Positions 11,301 to 26,300 of a stretch of 64,000 bases of DNA are shown here, piece by piece. The notes below the pieces were generated by a model. That model had not been told where the DNA came from, made no database searches, and was given only the letters and a program-made list of their open reading frames with translations. The stretch's first letter is position 1. Each line of letters starts with the position of its first letter. Source of the stretch: Amphiscolops sp. MND2022 (lineage: Eukaryota); the NCBI GenBank assembly GCA_964187785.1, contig OZ076411.1:17856001-17920000 (forward strand). Reading direction: 5' to 3'. The position numbers and the translations under genes were made by a program.

Positions 11301-14300
11301 AATACAAGGCAACGCAAAAATTATTGCCCGTGGAGGGTTGCAAGCTCATCGTATAAGTGAGCCATATTTATCCGAATTCGAAGAATATGATGTCTGCTTC
11401 CTCATCGTCGGTGGGAACGAAGTGAGCTTTCATCCGACTTATAACCCTCTCCATAAAACGGCCAGACAAACAGCCGATCGATTAATCAGTTGTCAATTTT
11501 TATTGAAATTCGTATCCGAGCCCGTTTCTTAGGTAAGGTTTCTTTTGCTTGGTTTTTATCTGCTTAGGTTACCGGGATTAAATTTCTTAGGTTTATATTT
11601 CTTAGGCTTATGTTTCTCAAGCTCAAGTTTCTCTGGATTATCTTTCTTACGATTAGGTTTCTTAGGATTAGGTTTTCTAACATTTGTTGTCTCAGGCTCA
11701 GGTTTTTAGGCTTAAATTTTTTAGGCTTAGGTGTCTTAGGCTTAAGTTTTCTTAATTAGGTCATTGGTTTAGGTTTCATAGGCCAACTATAACATATTAA
11801 ATTTTGTTTTTAATATTACAGGATCAGCAGCTCTTCATCTTCGACCCCAACAACAGCAGGAGAAAGAAATGAACATTTTCAAGATAATCTTCAAGAATGT
11901 GAACAGTTAATCATCTCTAGTTCAAGATTGTTCAAGAATAATTCAAGATTCAGCTTTCAACCTTTCTCACAAGAGTGTGTCAAAAGAAGGATTCCACAGG
12001 AGTGAGCCAGAAAGTACGAAATCAAGATTCAGCAGCCCCTTTTTTTAAAACATTTTCTGGTCCACGTTTTCTCATTAGATGAAAACATTGCATGTGTTAT
12101 TAATATACACAACTACTTTCTCATCAAGAAAAGCTTAAAATGACCATATAAAGTGATTGCACCTCGAAACCTGACGAACCATAATCCTTGATAATTATAA
12201 TGAGCATGTATCCATTGGAACAGACTTCAAAAGTTTTCATTTTCAAACATCTAAAATCAAGCTTAACAAAAAATGGCCAAGTATGTGATCATTGACGACA
12301 GCCATTTGAAGCGTGTAAATCACAGTCAAATACAAGGCAACGCAAAAATTATTGCCCGTGGAGGGTTGCAAGCTCATCGTATAAGTGAGCCATATTTATC
12401 CGAATTCGAAGAATATGATGTCTGCTTCCTCATCGTCGGTGGGAACGACGTGAGCTTTCATCCGACTTATAACCCTCTCCATAAAACGGCCAGACAAACA
12501 GCCGATCGATTAATCAGTTGTCAATTTTTATTGAAATTCGTTTCCGAGCCCGTTTCTTAGGTTAGGTTTCTTTTGCTTGGTTTTTATCTGCTTAGGTTAC
12601 CGGGATTAAATTTCTTAGGTTTATATTTCTTAGGCTTATGTTTCTCAAGCTCAAGTTTCTCTGGATTATCTTTCTTACGATTAGGTTTCTTAGGATTAGG
12701 TTTTCTAACATTTGTTGTCTCAGGCTCAGGTTTTTAGGCTTAAATTTTTTAGGCTTAGGTGTCTTAGGCTTAAGTTTTCTTAATTAGGTCATTGGTTTAG
12801 GTTTCATAGGCCAACTAAAACATATTAAATTTTGTTTTTAATATTACAGGATCAGCAGCTCTTCATCTTCGACCCCAACAACAGCAGGAGAAAGAAATGA
12901 ACATTTTCAAGATAATCTTCAAGAATGTGAACAGTTAATCATCTCTAGTTCAAGATTGTTCAAGAATAATTCAAGATTCAGCTTTCAACCTTTCTCACAA
13001 GAGTGTGTCAAAAGAAGGATTCCACAGGAGTGAGCCAGAAAGTACGAAATCAAGATTCAGCAGCCATTTTTTTTGAAACATTTTCTGGTCCACGTTTTCT
13101 CATTAGATGAAAACATTGCATGTGTTATTAATATACACAACTACTTTCTCATCAAGAAAAGCTCAAAATGACCATATAAAGTGATTGCACCTCGAAACCT
13201 GACGAACCATAATCCTTGATAATTATAATGAGCATGTATCCATTGGAACAGACTTCAAAAGTTTTCATTTTCAAACATCTAAAATCAAGCTTAAGAAAAA
13301 ATGGCCAATTATGTGATCATTGGCGACAGCCATTTGAAGCGTGTAAAACACAGTCAAATACAAGGCAACGCAAAAATTATTGCCCACGGAGGGTTGCAAG
13401 GTCATCGTATAACTGAGCAATATTTATCCGAATTCAAAGAATATGATGTCGGCTTCCTCATCGTCGGTGGGAACGACGTGAGCTTTCATCCGACTTATAA
13501 CCCTCTCCATAAAACAGCCAAACAGCCGATCGATTAATCAGTTGTCAATTTTTATTGAAATTCGTTTCCGAGCCCGTTTCTTAGGTTAGGTTTCTTTTGC
13601 TTGGTTTTTATCTGCTTAGGTTACCGGGATTAAATTTCTTAGGTTTATATTTCTTAGGCTTATGTTCCTCAAGCTCAAGTTTCTCTGGATTATCTTTCTT
13701 ACGATTGGGTTTCTTAGGATTAGGTTTTCTAACATTTGTTGTCTCAGGCTCAGGTTTTTAGGCTTAGGTTTTTTAGGCTTAGGTGTCAGGCTTAAGTTTT
13801 CTTAATTAGGTCATTGGTTTAGGTTCCATAGGCCAACTATAACATATTAAATTTTGTTTTTAATATTACAGGATCAGCAGCTCTTCATCTTCAACCCCAA
13901 CAACAGCAGGAGAAAGAAATGAACATTTTCATGATAATCTTCAAGAATGTGAACAGTTAATCATCTCTAGTTCAAGATTGTTCAAGAATATTTCAAGATT
14001 CAGCTTTCAACCTTTCTCACAAGAGTGTGTCAAAAGAAGGATTCCACAGGAGTGAGCCAGAAAGTACGAAATCAAGATTCAGCAGCCACCTTTTTTGAAA
14101 CATTTTCTGGTCCACGTTTTCTCATTAGATGAAAACATTGCATGTGTTATTAATATACACAACTACTTTCTCATCAAGAAAAGCTCAAAATGACCATATA
14201 AAGTGATTGCACCTCGAAACCTGACGAACCATAATCCTTGATAATTATAATGAGCATGTATCCATTGGAACAGACTTCAAAAGTTTTCATTTTCAAACAT

Positions 14301-17300
14301 CTAAAATCAAGCTTAACAAAAAATGGCCAATTATGTGATCATTGGCGACAGCCATTTGAAGCGTGTAAATCAGAGTCAAATACAAGGCAACGCAAAAATT
14401 ATTGCCCGTGGAGGGTTGCAAGGTCATCGTATAACTGAGCAATATTTATCCGAATTCAAAGAATATGATGTCGGCTTCCTCATCGTCGGTGGGAACGACG
14501 TGAGCTTTCATCCGACTTATAACCCTCTCCATAAAACAGCCAGACAAACAGCCGATCGATTAATCAGTTGTCAATTTTTATTGAAATTCGTTTCCGAGCC
14601 CGTTTCTTAGGTTAGGTTTCTTTTGCTTGGTTTTTATCTGCTTATGTTACCGGGATTAAATTTCTTAGGTTTATATTTCTTAGGCTTATGTTTCTCAAGC
14701 TCAAGTTTCTCTGGATTATCTTTCTTACGATTAGGTTTCTTAGGATTAGGTTTTCTAACATTTGTTGTCTCAGGCTCAGGTTTTTAGGCTTAGGTTTTTT
14801 AGGCTTAGGTGTCTTAGGCTTAAGTTTTCTTAATTAGGTCATTGGTTTAGGTTTCATAGGCCAACTATAACATATTAAATTTTGTTTTTAATATTACAGG
14901 ATCGGCAGCTCTTCATCTTCAACCCCAACAACAGCAGGAGAAAGAAATGAACATTTCCATGATAATCTTCAAGAATGTGAACAGTTAATCATCTCTAGTT
15001 CAAGATTGTTCAAGAATATTTCAAGATTCAGCTTTCAACCTTTCTCACAAGAGTGTGTCAAAAGAAGGATTCCACAGGAGTGAGCCAGAAAGTACGAAAT
15101 CAAGATTCAGCAGCCACCTTTTTTGAAACATTTTCTGGTCCACGTTTTCTCATTAGATGAAAACATTGCATGTGTTATTAATATACACAACTGCTTTCTC
15201 ATCAAGAAAAACTCAAAATGACCATATAAAGTGATTGCACCTCGAAACCTGACGAACCATAATCCTTGATAATTATAATGAGCATGTATCCATTGGAACA
15301 GACTTCAAAAGTTTTCATTTTCAAACATCTAAAATCAAGCTTAACAAAAAATGGCCAATTATGTGATCATTGGCGACAGCCATTTGAAGCGTGTAAAACA
15401 CAGTCAAATACAAGGCAACGCAAAAATTATTGCCCGTGGAGGGTTGCAAGGTCATCGTATAACTGAGCAATATTTATCCGAATTCAAAGAATATGATGTC
15501 GGCTTCCTCATCGTCGGTGGGAACGACGTGAGCTTTCATCCGACTTATAACCCTCTCCATAAAACAGCCAGACAAACAGCCGATCGATTAATCAGTTGTC
15601 AATTTTTATTGAAATTCGTTTCCGAGCCCGTTTCTTAGGTTAGGTTTCTTTTGCTTGGTTTTTATCTGCTTATGTTACCGGGATTAAATTTCTTAGGTTT
15701 ATATTTCTTAGGCTTATGTTTCTCAAGCTCAAGTTTCTCTGGATTATCTTTCTTACGATTAGGTTTCTTAGGATTAGGTTTTCTAACATTTGTTGTCTCA
15801 GGCTCAGGTTTTTAGGCTTAGGTTTTTTAGGCTTAGGTGTCTTAGGCTTAAGTTTTCTTAATTAGGTCATTGGTTTAGGTTTCATAGGCCAACTATAACA
15901 TATTAAATTTTGTTTTTAATATTACAGGATCGGCAGCTCTTCATCTTCAACCCCAACAACAGCAGGAGAAAGAAATGAACATTTCCATGATAATCTTCAA
16001 GAATGTGAACAGTTAATCATCTCTAGTTCAAGATTGTTCAAGAATATTTCAAGATTCAGCTTTCAACCTTTCTCACAAGAGTGTGTCAAAAGAAGGATTC
16101 CACAGGAGTGAGCCAGAAAGTACGAAATCAAGATTCAGCAGCCACCTTTTTTGAAACATTTTCTGGTCCACGTTTTCTCATTAGATGAAAACATTGCATG
16201 TGTTATTAATATACACAACTGCTTTCTCATCAAGAAAAACTCAAAATGACCATATAAAGTGATTGCACCTCGAAACCTGACGAACCATAATCCTTGATAA
16301 TTATAATGAGCATGTATCCATTGGAACAGACTTCAAAAGTTTTCATTTTCAAACATCTAAAATCAAGCTTAACAAAAAATGGCCAATTATGTGATCATTG
16401 GCGACAGCCATTTGAAGCGTGTAAAACACAGTCAAATACAAGGCAACGCAAAAATTATTGCCCGTGGAGGGTTGCAAGGTCATCGTATAACTGAGCAATA
16501 TTTATCCGAATTCAAAGAATATGATGTCGGCTTCCTCATCGTCGGTGGGAACGACGTGAGCTTTCATCCGACTTATAACCCTCTCCATAAAACAGCCAGA
16601 CAAACAGCCGATCGATTAATCAGTTGTCAATTTTTATTGAAATTCGTTTCCGAGCCCGTTTCTTAGGTTAGGTTTCTTTTGCTTGGTTTTTATCTGCTTA
16701 GGTTACCGGGATTAAATTTCTTAGGTTTATATTTCTTAGGCTTATGTTTCTCAAGCTCAAGTTTCTCTGGATTATCTTTCTTACGATTAGGTTTCTTAGG
16801 ATTAGGTTTTCTAACCTTTGTTGTCTCAGGCTCAGGTTTTTAGGCTTAGGTTTTTTAGGCTTAGGTGTCTTAGGCTTAAGTTTTCTTAATTAGGTCATTG
16901 GTTTAGGTTTCATAGGCCAACTATAACATATTAAATTTTGTTTTTAATATTACAGGATCAGCAGCTCTTCATCTTCGACCCCAACTACAGCAGGAGAAAG
17001 AAATAAACATTTTCAAGATAATCTTCAAGAATGTGAACAGTTAATCATCTCTAGTTCAAGATTGTTCAAGAATAATTCAAGATTCAGCTTTCAACCTTTC
17101 TCACAAGAGTGTGTCAAAAGAAGGATTCCACAGGAGTGAGCCAGAAAGTACGAAATCAAGATTCAGCAGCCACCTTTTTTGAAACATTTTCTGGTCCACG
17201 TTTTCTCATTAGATGAAAACATTGCATGTGTTATTATTATACACAACTACTTTCTCATCAAGAAAAGCTCAAAATGACCATATAAAGTGATTGCACCTCG

Positions 17301-20300
17301 AAACCTGACGAACCATAATCCTTGATAATTATAATGAGCATGTATCCATTGGAACAGACTTCAAAAGTTTTCATTTTCAAACATCTAAAATCAAGCTTAA
17401 CAAAAAATGGCCAATTATGTGATCATTGGCGACAGCCATTTGAAGCGTGTAAAACACAGTCAAATACAAGGCAACGCAAAAATTATTGCCCGTGGAGGGT
17501 TGCAAGGTCATCGTATAACTGAGCAATATTTATCCGAATTCAAAGAATATGATGTCGGCTTCCTCATCGTCGGTGGGAACGACGTGAGCTTTCATCCGAC
17601 TTATAACCCTCTCCATAAAACAGCCAGACAAACAGCCGATCGATTAATCAGTTGTCAATTTTTATTGAAATTCGTTTCCGAGCCCGTTTCTTAGGTTAGG
17701 TTTCTTTTGCTTGGTTTTTATCTGCTTAGGTTACCGGGATTAAATTTCTTAGGTTTATATTTCTTAGGCTTATGTTTCTCAAGCTCAAGTTTTTCTGGAT
17801 TATCTTTCTTACGATTAGGTTTCTTAGGATTAGGTTTTCTAACCTTTGTTGTCTCAGGCTTAGGTTTTTAGGCTTAGGTTTTTTAGGCTTAGGTGTCTTA
17901 GGCTTAAGTTTTCTTATTTAGGTCATTGGTTTAGGTTTCATAGGCCAACTATAACATATTAAATTTTGTTTTTAATATTACAGGATCAGCAGCTTTTCAT
18001 CTTCGACCCCAACTACAGCAGGAGAAAGAAATGAACATTTTCAAGATAATCTTCAAGAATGTGAACAGTTAATCATCTCTAGTTCAAGATTGTTCAAGAA
18101 TAATTCAAGATTCAGCTTTCAACCTTTCTCACAAGAGTGTGTCAAAAGAAGGATTCCACAGGAGTGAGCCAGAAAGTACGAAATCAAGATTCAGCAGCCA
18201 CCTTTTTTGAAACATTTTCTGGTCCACGTTTTCTCATTAGATGAAAACATTGCATGTGTTATTAATATACACAACTACTTTCTCATCAAGAAAAACTCAA
18301 AATGACCATATAAAGTGATTGCACCTCGAAACCTGACGAACCATAATCCTTGATAATTATAATGAGCATGTATCCATTGGAACAGACTTCAAAAGTTTTC
18401 ATTTTCAAACATCTAAAATCAAGCTTAACAAAAAATGGCCAATTATGTGATCATTGGCGACAGCCATTTGAAGCGTGTAAAACACAGTCAAATACAAGGC
18501 AACGCAAAAATTATTGCCCGTGGAGGGTTGCAAGGTCATCGTATAACTGAGCAATATTTATCCGAATTCAAAGAATATGATGTCGGCTTCCTCATCGTCG
18601 GTGGGAACGACGTGAGCTTTCATCCGACTTAGAACCCTCTCCATAAAACAGCCAGACAAACAGCCGATCGATTAATCAGTTGTCAATTTTTATTGAAATT
18701 CGTTTCCGAGCCCGTTTCTTAGGTTAGGTTTCTTTTGCTTGGTTTTTATCTGCTTAGGTTACCGGGATTAAATTTCTTAGGTTTATATTTCTTAGGCTTA
18801 TGTTTCTCAAGCTCAAGTTTCTCTGGATTATCTTTCTTACGATTAGGTTTCTTAGGATTAGGTTTTCTAACCTTTGTTGTCTCAGGCTCAGGTTTTTAGG
18901 CTTAGGTTTTTTAGGCTTAGGTGTCTTAGGCTTAAGTTTTCTTATTTAGGTCATTGGTTTAGGTTTCATAGGCCAACTATAACATATTAAATTTTGATTT
19001 TAATATTACAGGATCGGCAGCTCTTCATCTTCGACCCCAACTACAGCAGGAGAAAGAAATGAACATTTTCAAGATAATCTTCAAGAATGTGAGCAGTTAA
19101 TCATCTCTAGTTCAAGATTGTTCAAGAATAATTCAAGATTCAGCTTTCAACCTTTCTCACAAGAGTGTGTCAAAAGAAGGATTCCACAGGAGTGAGCCAG
19201 AAAGTACGAAATCAAGATTCAGCAGCCACCTTTTTTGAAACATTTTCTGGTCCACGTTTTCTCATTAGATGAAAACATTGCATGTGTTATTAATACACAC
19301 AACTACTTTCTCATCAAGAAAAGCTCAAAATGACCATATAAAGTGATTGCACCTCGAAACCTGACGAACCATAATCCTTGATAATTATAATGAGCATGTA
19401 TCCATTGGAACAGACTTCAAAAGTTTTCATTTTCAAACATCTAAAATCAAGCTTAACAAAAAATGGCCAAGTATGTGATCATTGGCGACAGCCATTTGAA
19501 GCGTGTAAATCACAGTCGAATACAAGGCAACGCAAAAGTTATTGCCCGTGGAGGGTTGCAAGCTCATCGTATCACTGAGCAATATTTATCCGAATTCAAA
19601 GAATATGATGTCTGCTTCCACATCGTCGGTGGGAACGACGTGAGCTTTCATCCGACTTATAACCCTCTCCATAAAACGGCCAGACAAACAGCCGATCGAT
19701 TAATCAGTTGTCAATTTTTATTGAAATTCGTTTCCGAGCCCGTTTCTTACGTTAGGTTTCTTTTGCTTGGTTTTTATCTGCTTAGGTTACCAGGATTAAA
19801 TTTCTTAGGTTTATATTTCTTAGGCTTATGTTTCTCAAGCTCAAGTTTCTCTGGATTATCTTTCTTACGATTAGGTTTCTTAGGATTAGGTTTTCTAACC
19901 TTAGTTGTCTCAGGCTCAGGTTTTTAGGCTTAGGTTTTTTAGGCTTAGGTGTCTTAGGCTTAAGTTTTCTTAATCAGGTCATTGGTTTAGGTTTCATAGG
20001 CCAACTATAACATATTAAATTTTGTTTTTAATATTACAGGATCAGCAGCTCTTCATCTTCGACCCCAACTACAGCAGGAGAAAGAAATAAATATTTTCAA
20101 GATAATCTTCAAGAATGTGAACAGTTAATCATCTCTAGTTCAAGATTGTTCAAGAATAATTCAAGATTCAGCTTTCAACCTTTCTCACAAGAGTGTGTCA
20201 AAAGAAGGATTCCACAAGAGTGAGCCAGAAAGTAGGAAATCAAGATTCAGCAGCCACCTTTTTTGAAACATTTTCTGATCCACGTACTCTCATTAGATGA

Positions 20301-23300
20301 AAACATTGCATGTGTTATTAATATACACAACTACTTTCTCATCAAGAAAAGCTTAAAATGACCATTTAAAGTGATTGCACCTCGAAACCTGACGAACCAT
20401 AATCCTTGATAATTATAATGAGCATGTATCCATTGGAACAGACTTCAAAAGTTTTCATTTTCAAACATCTAAAATCAAGCTTAACAAAAAATGGCCAAGT
20501 ATGTGATCATTGGCGACAGCCATTTGAAGCGTGTAAATCACAGTCAAATACAAGGCAACGCAAAAATTATTGCCCGTGGAGGGTTGCAAGCTCATCGTAT
20601 AACTGAACAATATTTATCCGAATTCGGAGAATATGATGTCTGCTTCCTCATCGTCGGTGGGAACGACGTGAGCTTTCATCCGACTTATAACTCTCTCCAT
20701 AAAACGGCCAGACAAACAGCCGATCGATTAATCAGTTGTCAATTTTTATTGAAATTCGTTTCCGAGCCCGTTTCTTAGGTTAGGTTTCTTTTGCTTGGTT
20801 TTCATCTGCTTAGGTTACCGGGATTAAATTTCTTAGGTTTATATTTCTTAGGCTTATGTTTCTCAAGCTCAAGTTTCTCTGGATTATCTTTCTTACGATT
20901 AGGTTTCTTAGGATTAGGTTTTCTAACCTTAGTTGTCTCAGGCTCAGGTTTTTAGGCTTAGGTTTTTTAGGCTTAGGTGTCTTAGGCTTAAGTTTTCTTA
21001 ATCAGGTCATTGGTTTAGGTTTCATAGGCCAACTATAACATATTAAATTTTGTTTTTAATATTACAGGATCAGCAGCTCTTCATCTTCGACCCCAACTAC
21101 AGCAGGAGAAAGAAATAAATATTTTCAAGATAATCTTCAAGAATGTGAACAGTTAATCATCTCTAGTTCAAGATTCTTCAAGAATAATTCAAGATTCAGC
21201 TTTCAACCTTTCTCACAAGAGTGTGTCAAAAGAAGGATTCCACAAGAGTGAGCCAGAAAGTAGGAAATCAAGATTCAGCAGCCACCTTTTTTGAAACATT
21301 TTCTGATCCACGTACTCTCATTAGATGAAAACATTGCATGTGTTATTAATATACACAACTACTTTCTCATCAAGAAAAGCTTAAAATGACCATTTAAAGT
21401 GATTGCACCTCGAAACCTGACGAACCATAATCCTTGATAATTATAATGAGCATGTATCCATTGGAACAGACTTCAAAAGTTTTCATTTTCAAACATCTAA
21501 AATCAAGCTTAACAAAAAATGGCCAAGTATGTGATCATTGGCGACAGCCATTTGAAGCGTGTAAATCACAGTCAAATACAAGGCAACGCAAAAATTATTG
21601 CCCGTGGAGGGTTGCAAGCTCATCGTATAACTGAGCAATATTTATCCGAATTCGGAGAATATGATGTCTGCTTCCTCATCGTCGGTGGGAACGACGTGAG
21701 CTTTCATCCGACTTATAACTCTCCATAAAACGGCCAGACAAACAGCCGATCGATTAATCAGTTGTCAATTTTTATTGAAATTCGTTTCCGAGCCCGTTTT
21801 TTAGGTTAGGTTTCTTTTGCTTGGTTTTTATCTGCTTAGGTTACCGGGATTAAATTTCTTAGGTTTATATTTCTTAGGCTTATGTTTCTCAAGCTCAAGT
21901 TTCTCTGGATTATCTTTCTTACGATTAGGTTTCTTAGGATTAGGTTTTCTAAGCTTTGTTGTCTCAGGCTCAGGTTTTTAGGCTTAGGTTTTTTAGGCTT
22001 AGGTGTCTTAGGCTTGAGTTTTCTTAATTAGGTCATTGGTTTAGTTTTCATAGGCCAACTATAACATATTAAATTTTGTTTTAAATATTACAGGATCAGC
22101 AGCTCTTCATCTTCGACCCCAACTACAGCAGGAGAAAGAAATGAACATTTTCAAGATAATCTTCAAGAATGTGAACAGTTAATCATCTCTAGTTCAAGAT
22201 TGTTCAAGAATAATTCAAGATTCAGCTTTCAACCTTTCTCACAAGAGTGTGTCAAAAGAAGGATTTCACAGGAGTGAGCCAGAAAGTACGAAATCAAGAT
22301 TCAGCAGCCACCTTTTTTGAAACATTTTCTGGTCCACGTTTTCTCATTAGATGAAAACATTGCATGTGTTATTAATATACACAACTACTTTCTCATCAAG
22401 AAAAGCTTAAAATGACCATATAAAGTGATTGCACCTCGAAACCTGACGAACCATAATCCTTGATAATTATAATGAGCATGTATCCATTGGAACAGACTTC
22501 AAAAGTTTTCATTTTCAAACATCTAAAATCAAGCTTAACAAAAAATGGCCAAGTATGTGATCATTGGCGACAGCCATTTGAAGCGTGTAAATCACAGTCA
22601 AATACAAGGCAACGCAAAAATTATTGCCCGTGGAGGGTTGCAAGCTCATCGTATAACTGAGCCATATTTATCCGAATTCGAAGAATATGATGTCTGCTTC
22701 CTCATCGTCGGTGGGAACGACGTGAGCTTTCATCCGACTTATAACCCTCTCCATAAAACGGCCAGACAAACAGCCGATCGATTAATCAGTTGTCAATTTT
22801 TATTGAAGTTCGTTTCCGAGCCCGTTTCTTAGGTTAGGTTTCTTTTGCTTGGCTTTTATCTGCTTAGGTTACCGGGATTAAATTTCTTAGGTTTAAATTT
22901 CTTAGGCTTATGTTTCTCAAGCTCAAGTTTCTCTGGATTATCTTTCTTACGATTAGGTTTCTTAGGATTAGGTTTTCTAACATTTGTTGTCTCAGGCTCA
23001 GGTTTTTAGGCTTAGGTTTTTTAGGCTTAGGTGTCTTAGGCTTAAGTTTTCTTAATTAGGTCATTGGTTTAGGTTTCATAGGCCAACTATAACATATTAA
23101 ATTTTGTTTTTAATATTACAGGATCAGCAGCTCTTCATCTTCGACCCCAACAACAGCAGGAGAAAGAAAAGAACATTTTCAAGATAATCTTCAAGAATGT
23201 GAACAGTTAATCATCTCTAGTTCAAGATTGTTCAAGAATAATTCAAGATTCAGCTTTCAACCTTTCTCACAAGAGTGTGTCAAAAGAAGGATTCCACAGG

Positions 23301-26300
23301 AGTGAGCCAGAAAGTACGAAATCAAGATTCAGCAGCCACCTTTTTTGAAACATTTTCTGGTCCACGTTTTCTCATTAGATGAAAACATTGCATGTGTTAT
23401 TAATATACACAACTACTTTCTCATCAAGAAAAGCTCAAAATGACCATATAAAGTGATTGCACCTCGAAACCTGACGAACCATAATCCTTGATAATTATAA
23501 TGAGCATGTATCCATTGGAACAGACTTCAAAAGTTTTCATTTTCAAACATCTAAAATCAAGCTTAACAAAAAATGGCCAATTATGTGATCATTGGCGACA
23601 GCCATTTGAAGCGTGTAAAACACAGTCAAATACAAGGCAACGCAAAAATTATTGCCCGTGGAGGGTTGCAAGGTCATCGTATAACTGAGCAATATTTATC
23701 CGAATTCAAAGAATATGATGTCGGCTTCCTCATCGTCGGTGGGAACGACGTGAGCTTTCATCCGACTTATAACTCTCCATAAAACAGCCAGACAAACAGC
23801 CGATCGATTAATCAGTTGTCAATTTTTATTGAAATTCGTTTCCGAGCCCGTTTTTTAGGTTAGGTTTCTTTTGCTTGGTTTTTATCTGCTTAGGTTACCG
23901 GGATTAAATTTCTTAGGTTTATATTTCTTAGGCTTATGTTTCTCAAGCTCAAGTTTCTCTGGATTATCTTTCTTACGATTAGGTTTCTTAGGATTAGGTT
24001 TTCTAAGCTTTGTTGTCTCAGGCTCAGGTTTTTAGGCTTAGGTTTTTTAGGCTTAGGTGTCTTAGGCTTGAGTTTTCTTAATTAGGTCATTGGTTTAGTT
24101 TTCATAGGCCAACTATAACATATTAAATTTTGTTTTAAATATTACAGGATCAGCAGCTCTTCATCTTCGACCCCAACTACAGCAGGAGAAAGAAATGAAC
24201 ATTTTCAAGATAATCTTCAAGAATGTGAACAGTTAATCATCTCTAGTTCAAGATTGTTCAAGAATAATTAAAGATTCAGCTTTCAACCTTTCTCACAAGA
24301 GTGTGTCAAAAGAAGGATTTCACAGGAGTGAGCCAGAAAGTACGAAATCAAGATTCAGCAGCCACCTTTTTTGAAACATTTTCTGGTCCACGTTTTCTCA
24401 TTAGATGAAAACATTGCATGTGTTATTAATATACACAACTACTTTCTCATCAAGAAAAGCTTAAAATGACCATATAAAGTGATTGCACCTCGAAACCTGA
24501 CGAACCATAATCCTTGATAATTATAATGAGCATGTATCCATTGGAACAGACTTCAAAAGTTTTCATTTTCAAACATCTCAAATCAAGCTTAACAAAAAAT
24601 GGCCAAGTATGTGATCATTGGCGACAGCCATTTGAAGCGTGTAAATCACAGTCAAATACAAGGCAACGCAAAAATTATTGCCCGTGGAGGGTTGCAAGCT
24701 CATCGTAAAACTGAGCCATATTTATCCGAATTCGAAGAATATGATGTCTGCTTCCTCATCGTCGGTGGGAACGACGTGAGCTTTCATCCGACTTATAACC
24801 CTCTCCATAAAACGGCCAGACAAACAGCCGATCGATTAATCAGTTGTCAATTTTTATTGAAATTCGTTTCCGAGCCCGTTTCTTAGGTTAGGTTTCTTTT
24901 GCTTGGTTTTTATCTGCTTAGGTTACCGGGATTAAATTTCTTAGGTTTATATTTCTTAGGCTTATGTTTCTCAAGCTCAAGTTTCTCTGGATTATCTTTC
25001 TTACGATTAGGTTTCTTAGGATTAGGTTTTCTAACATTTGTTGTCTCCGGCTCAGGTTTTTAGGCTTAGGTTTTTTAGGCTTAGGTGTCTTAGGCTTAAG
25101 TTTTCTTAATTAGGTCATTGGTTTAGGTTTCATAGGCCAACTATAACATATTAAATTTTGTTTTTAATATTACAGGATCAGCAGCTCTTCATCTTCGACC
25201 CCAACAACAGCAGGAGAAAGAAAAGAACATTTTCAAGATAATCTTCAAGAATGTGAACAGTTAATCATCTCTAGTTCAAGATTGTTCAAGAATAATTCAA
25301 TATTCAGCTTTCAACCTTTCTCACAAGAGTGTGTCAAAAGAAGGATTCCACAGGAGTGAGCCAGAAAGTACGAAATCAAGATTCAGCAGCCACCTTTTTT
25401 GAAACATTTTCTGGTCCACGTTTTCTCATTAGATGAAAACATTGCATGTGTTATTAATATACACAACTACTTTCTCATCAAGAAAAGCTTAAAATGACCA
25501 TATAAAGTGATTGCACCTCGAAACCTGACGAACCATAATCCTTGATAATTATAATGAGCATGTATCCATTGGAACAGACTTCAAAAGTTTTCATTTTCAA
25601 ACATCTAAAATCAAGCTTAACAAAAAATGGCCAAGTATGTGATCATTGGCGACAGCCATTTGAAGCGTGTAAATCACAGTCAAATACAAGGCAACGCAAA
25701 AATTATTGCCCGTGGAGGGTTGCAAGCTCATCGTATAACTGAGCCATATTTATCCGAATTCGAAGAATATGATGTCTGCTTCCTCATCGTCGGTGGGAAC
25801 GACGTGAGCTTTCATCCGACTTATAACCCTCTCCATAAAACGGCCAGACAAACAGCCGATCGATTAATCAGTTGTCAATTTTTATTGAAATTCGTTTCCG
25901 AGCCCGTTTCTTAGGTTAGGTTTCTTTTGCTTGGTTTTTATCTGCTTAGGTTACCGGGATTAAATTTCTTAGGTTTATATTTCTTAGGCTTATGTTTCTC
26001 AAGCTCAAGTTTCTCTGGATTATCTTTCTTACGATTAGGTTTCTTAGGATTAGGTTTTCTAACATTTGTTGTCTCCGGCTCAGGTTTTTAGGCTTAGGTT
26101 TTTTAGGCTTAGGTGTCTTAGGCTTAAGTTTTCTTAATTAGGTCATTGGTTTAGGTTTCATAGGCCAACTATAACATATTAAATTTTGTTTTTAATATTA
26201 CAGGATCAGCAGCTCTTCATCTTCGACCCCAACAACAGCAGGAGAAAGAAAAGAACATTTTCAAGATAATCTTCAAGAATGTGAACAGTTAATCATCTCT

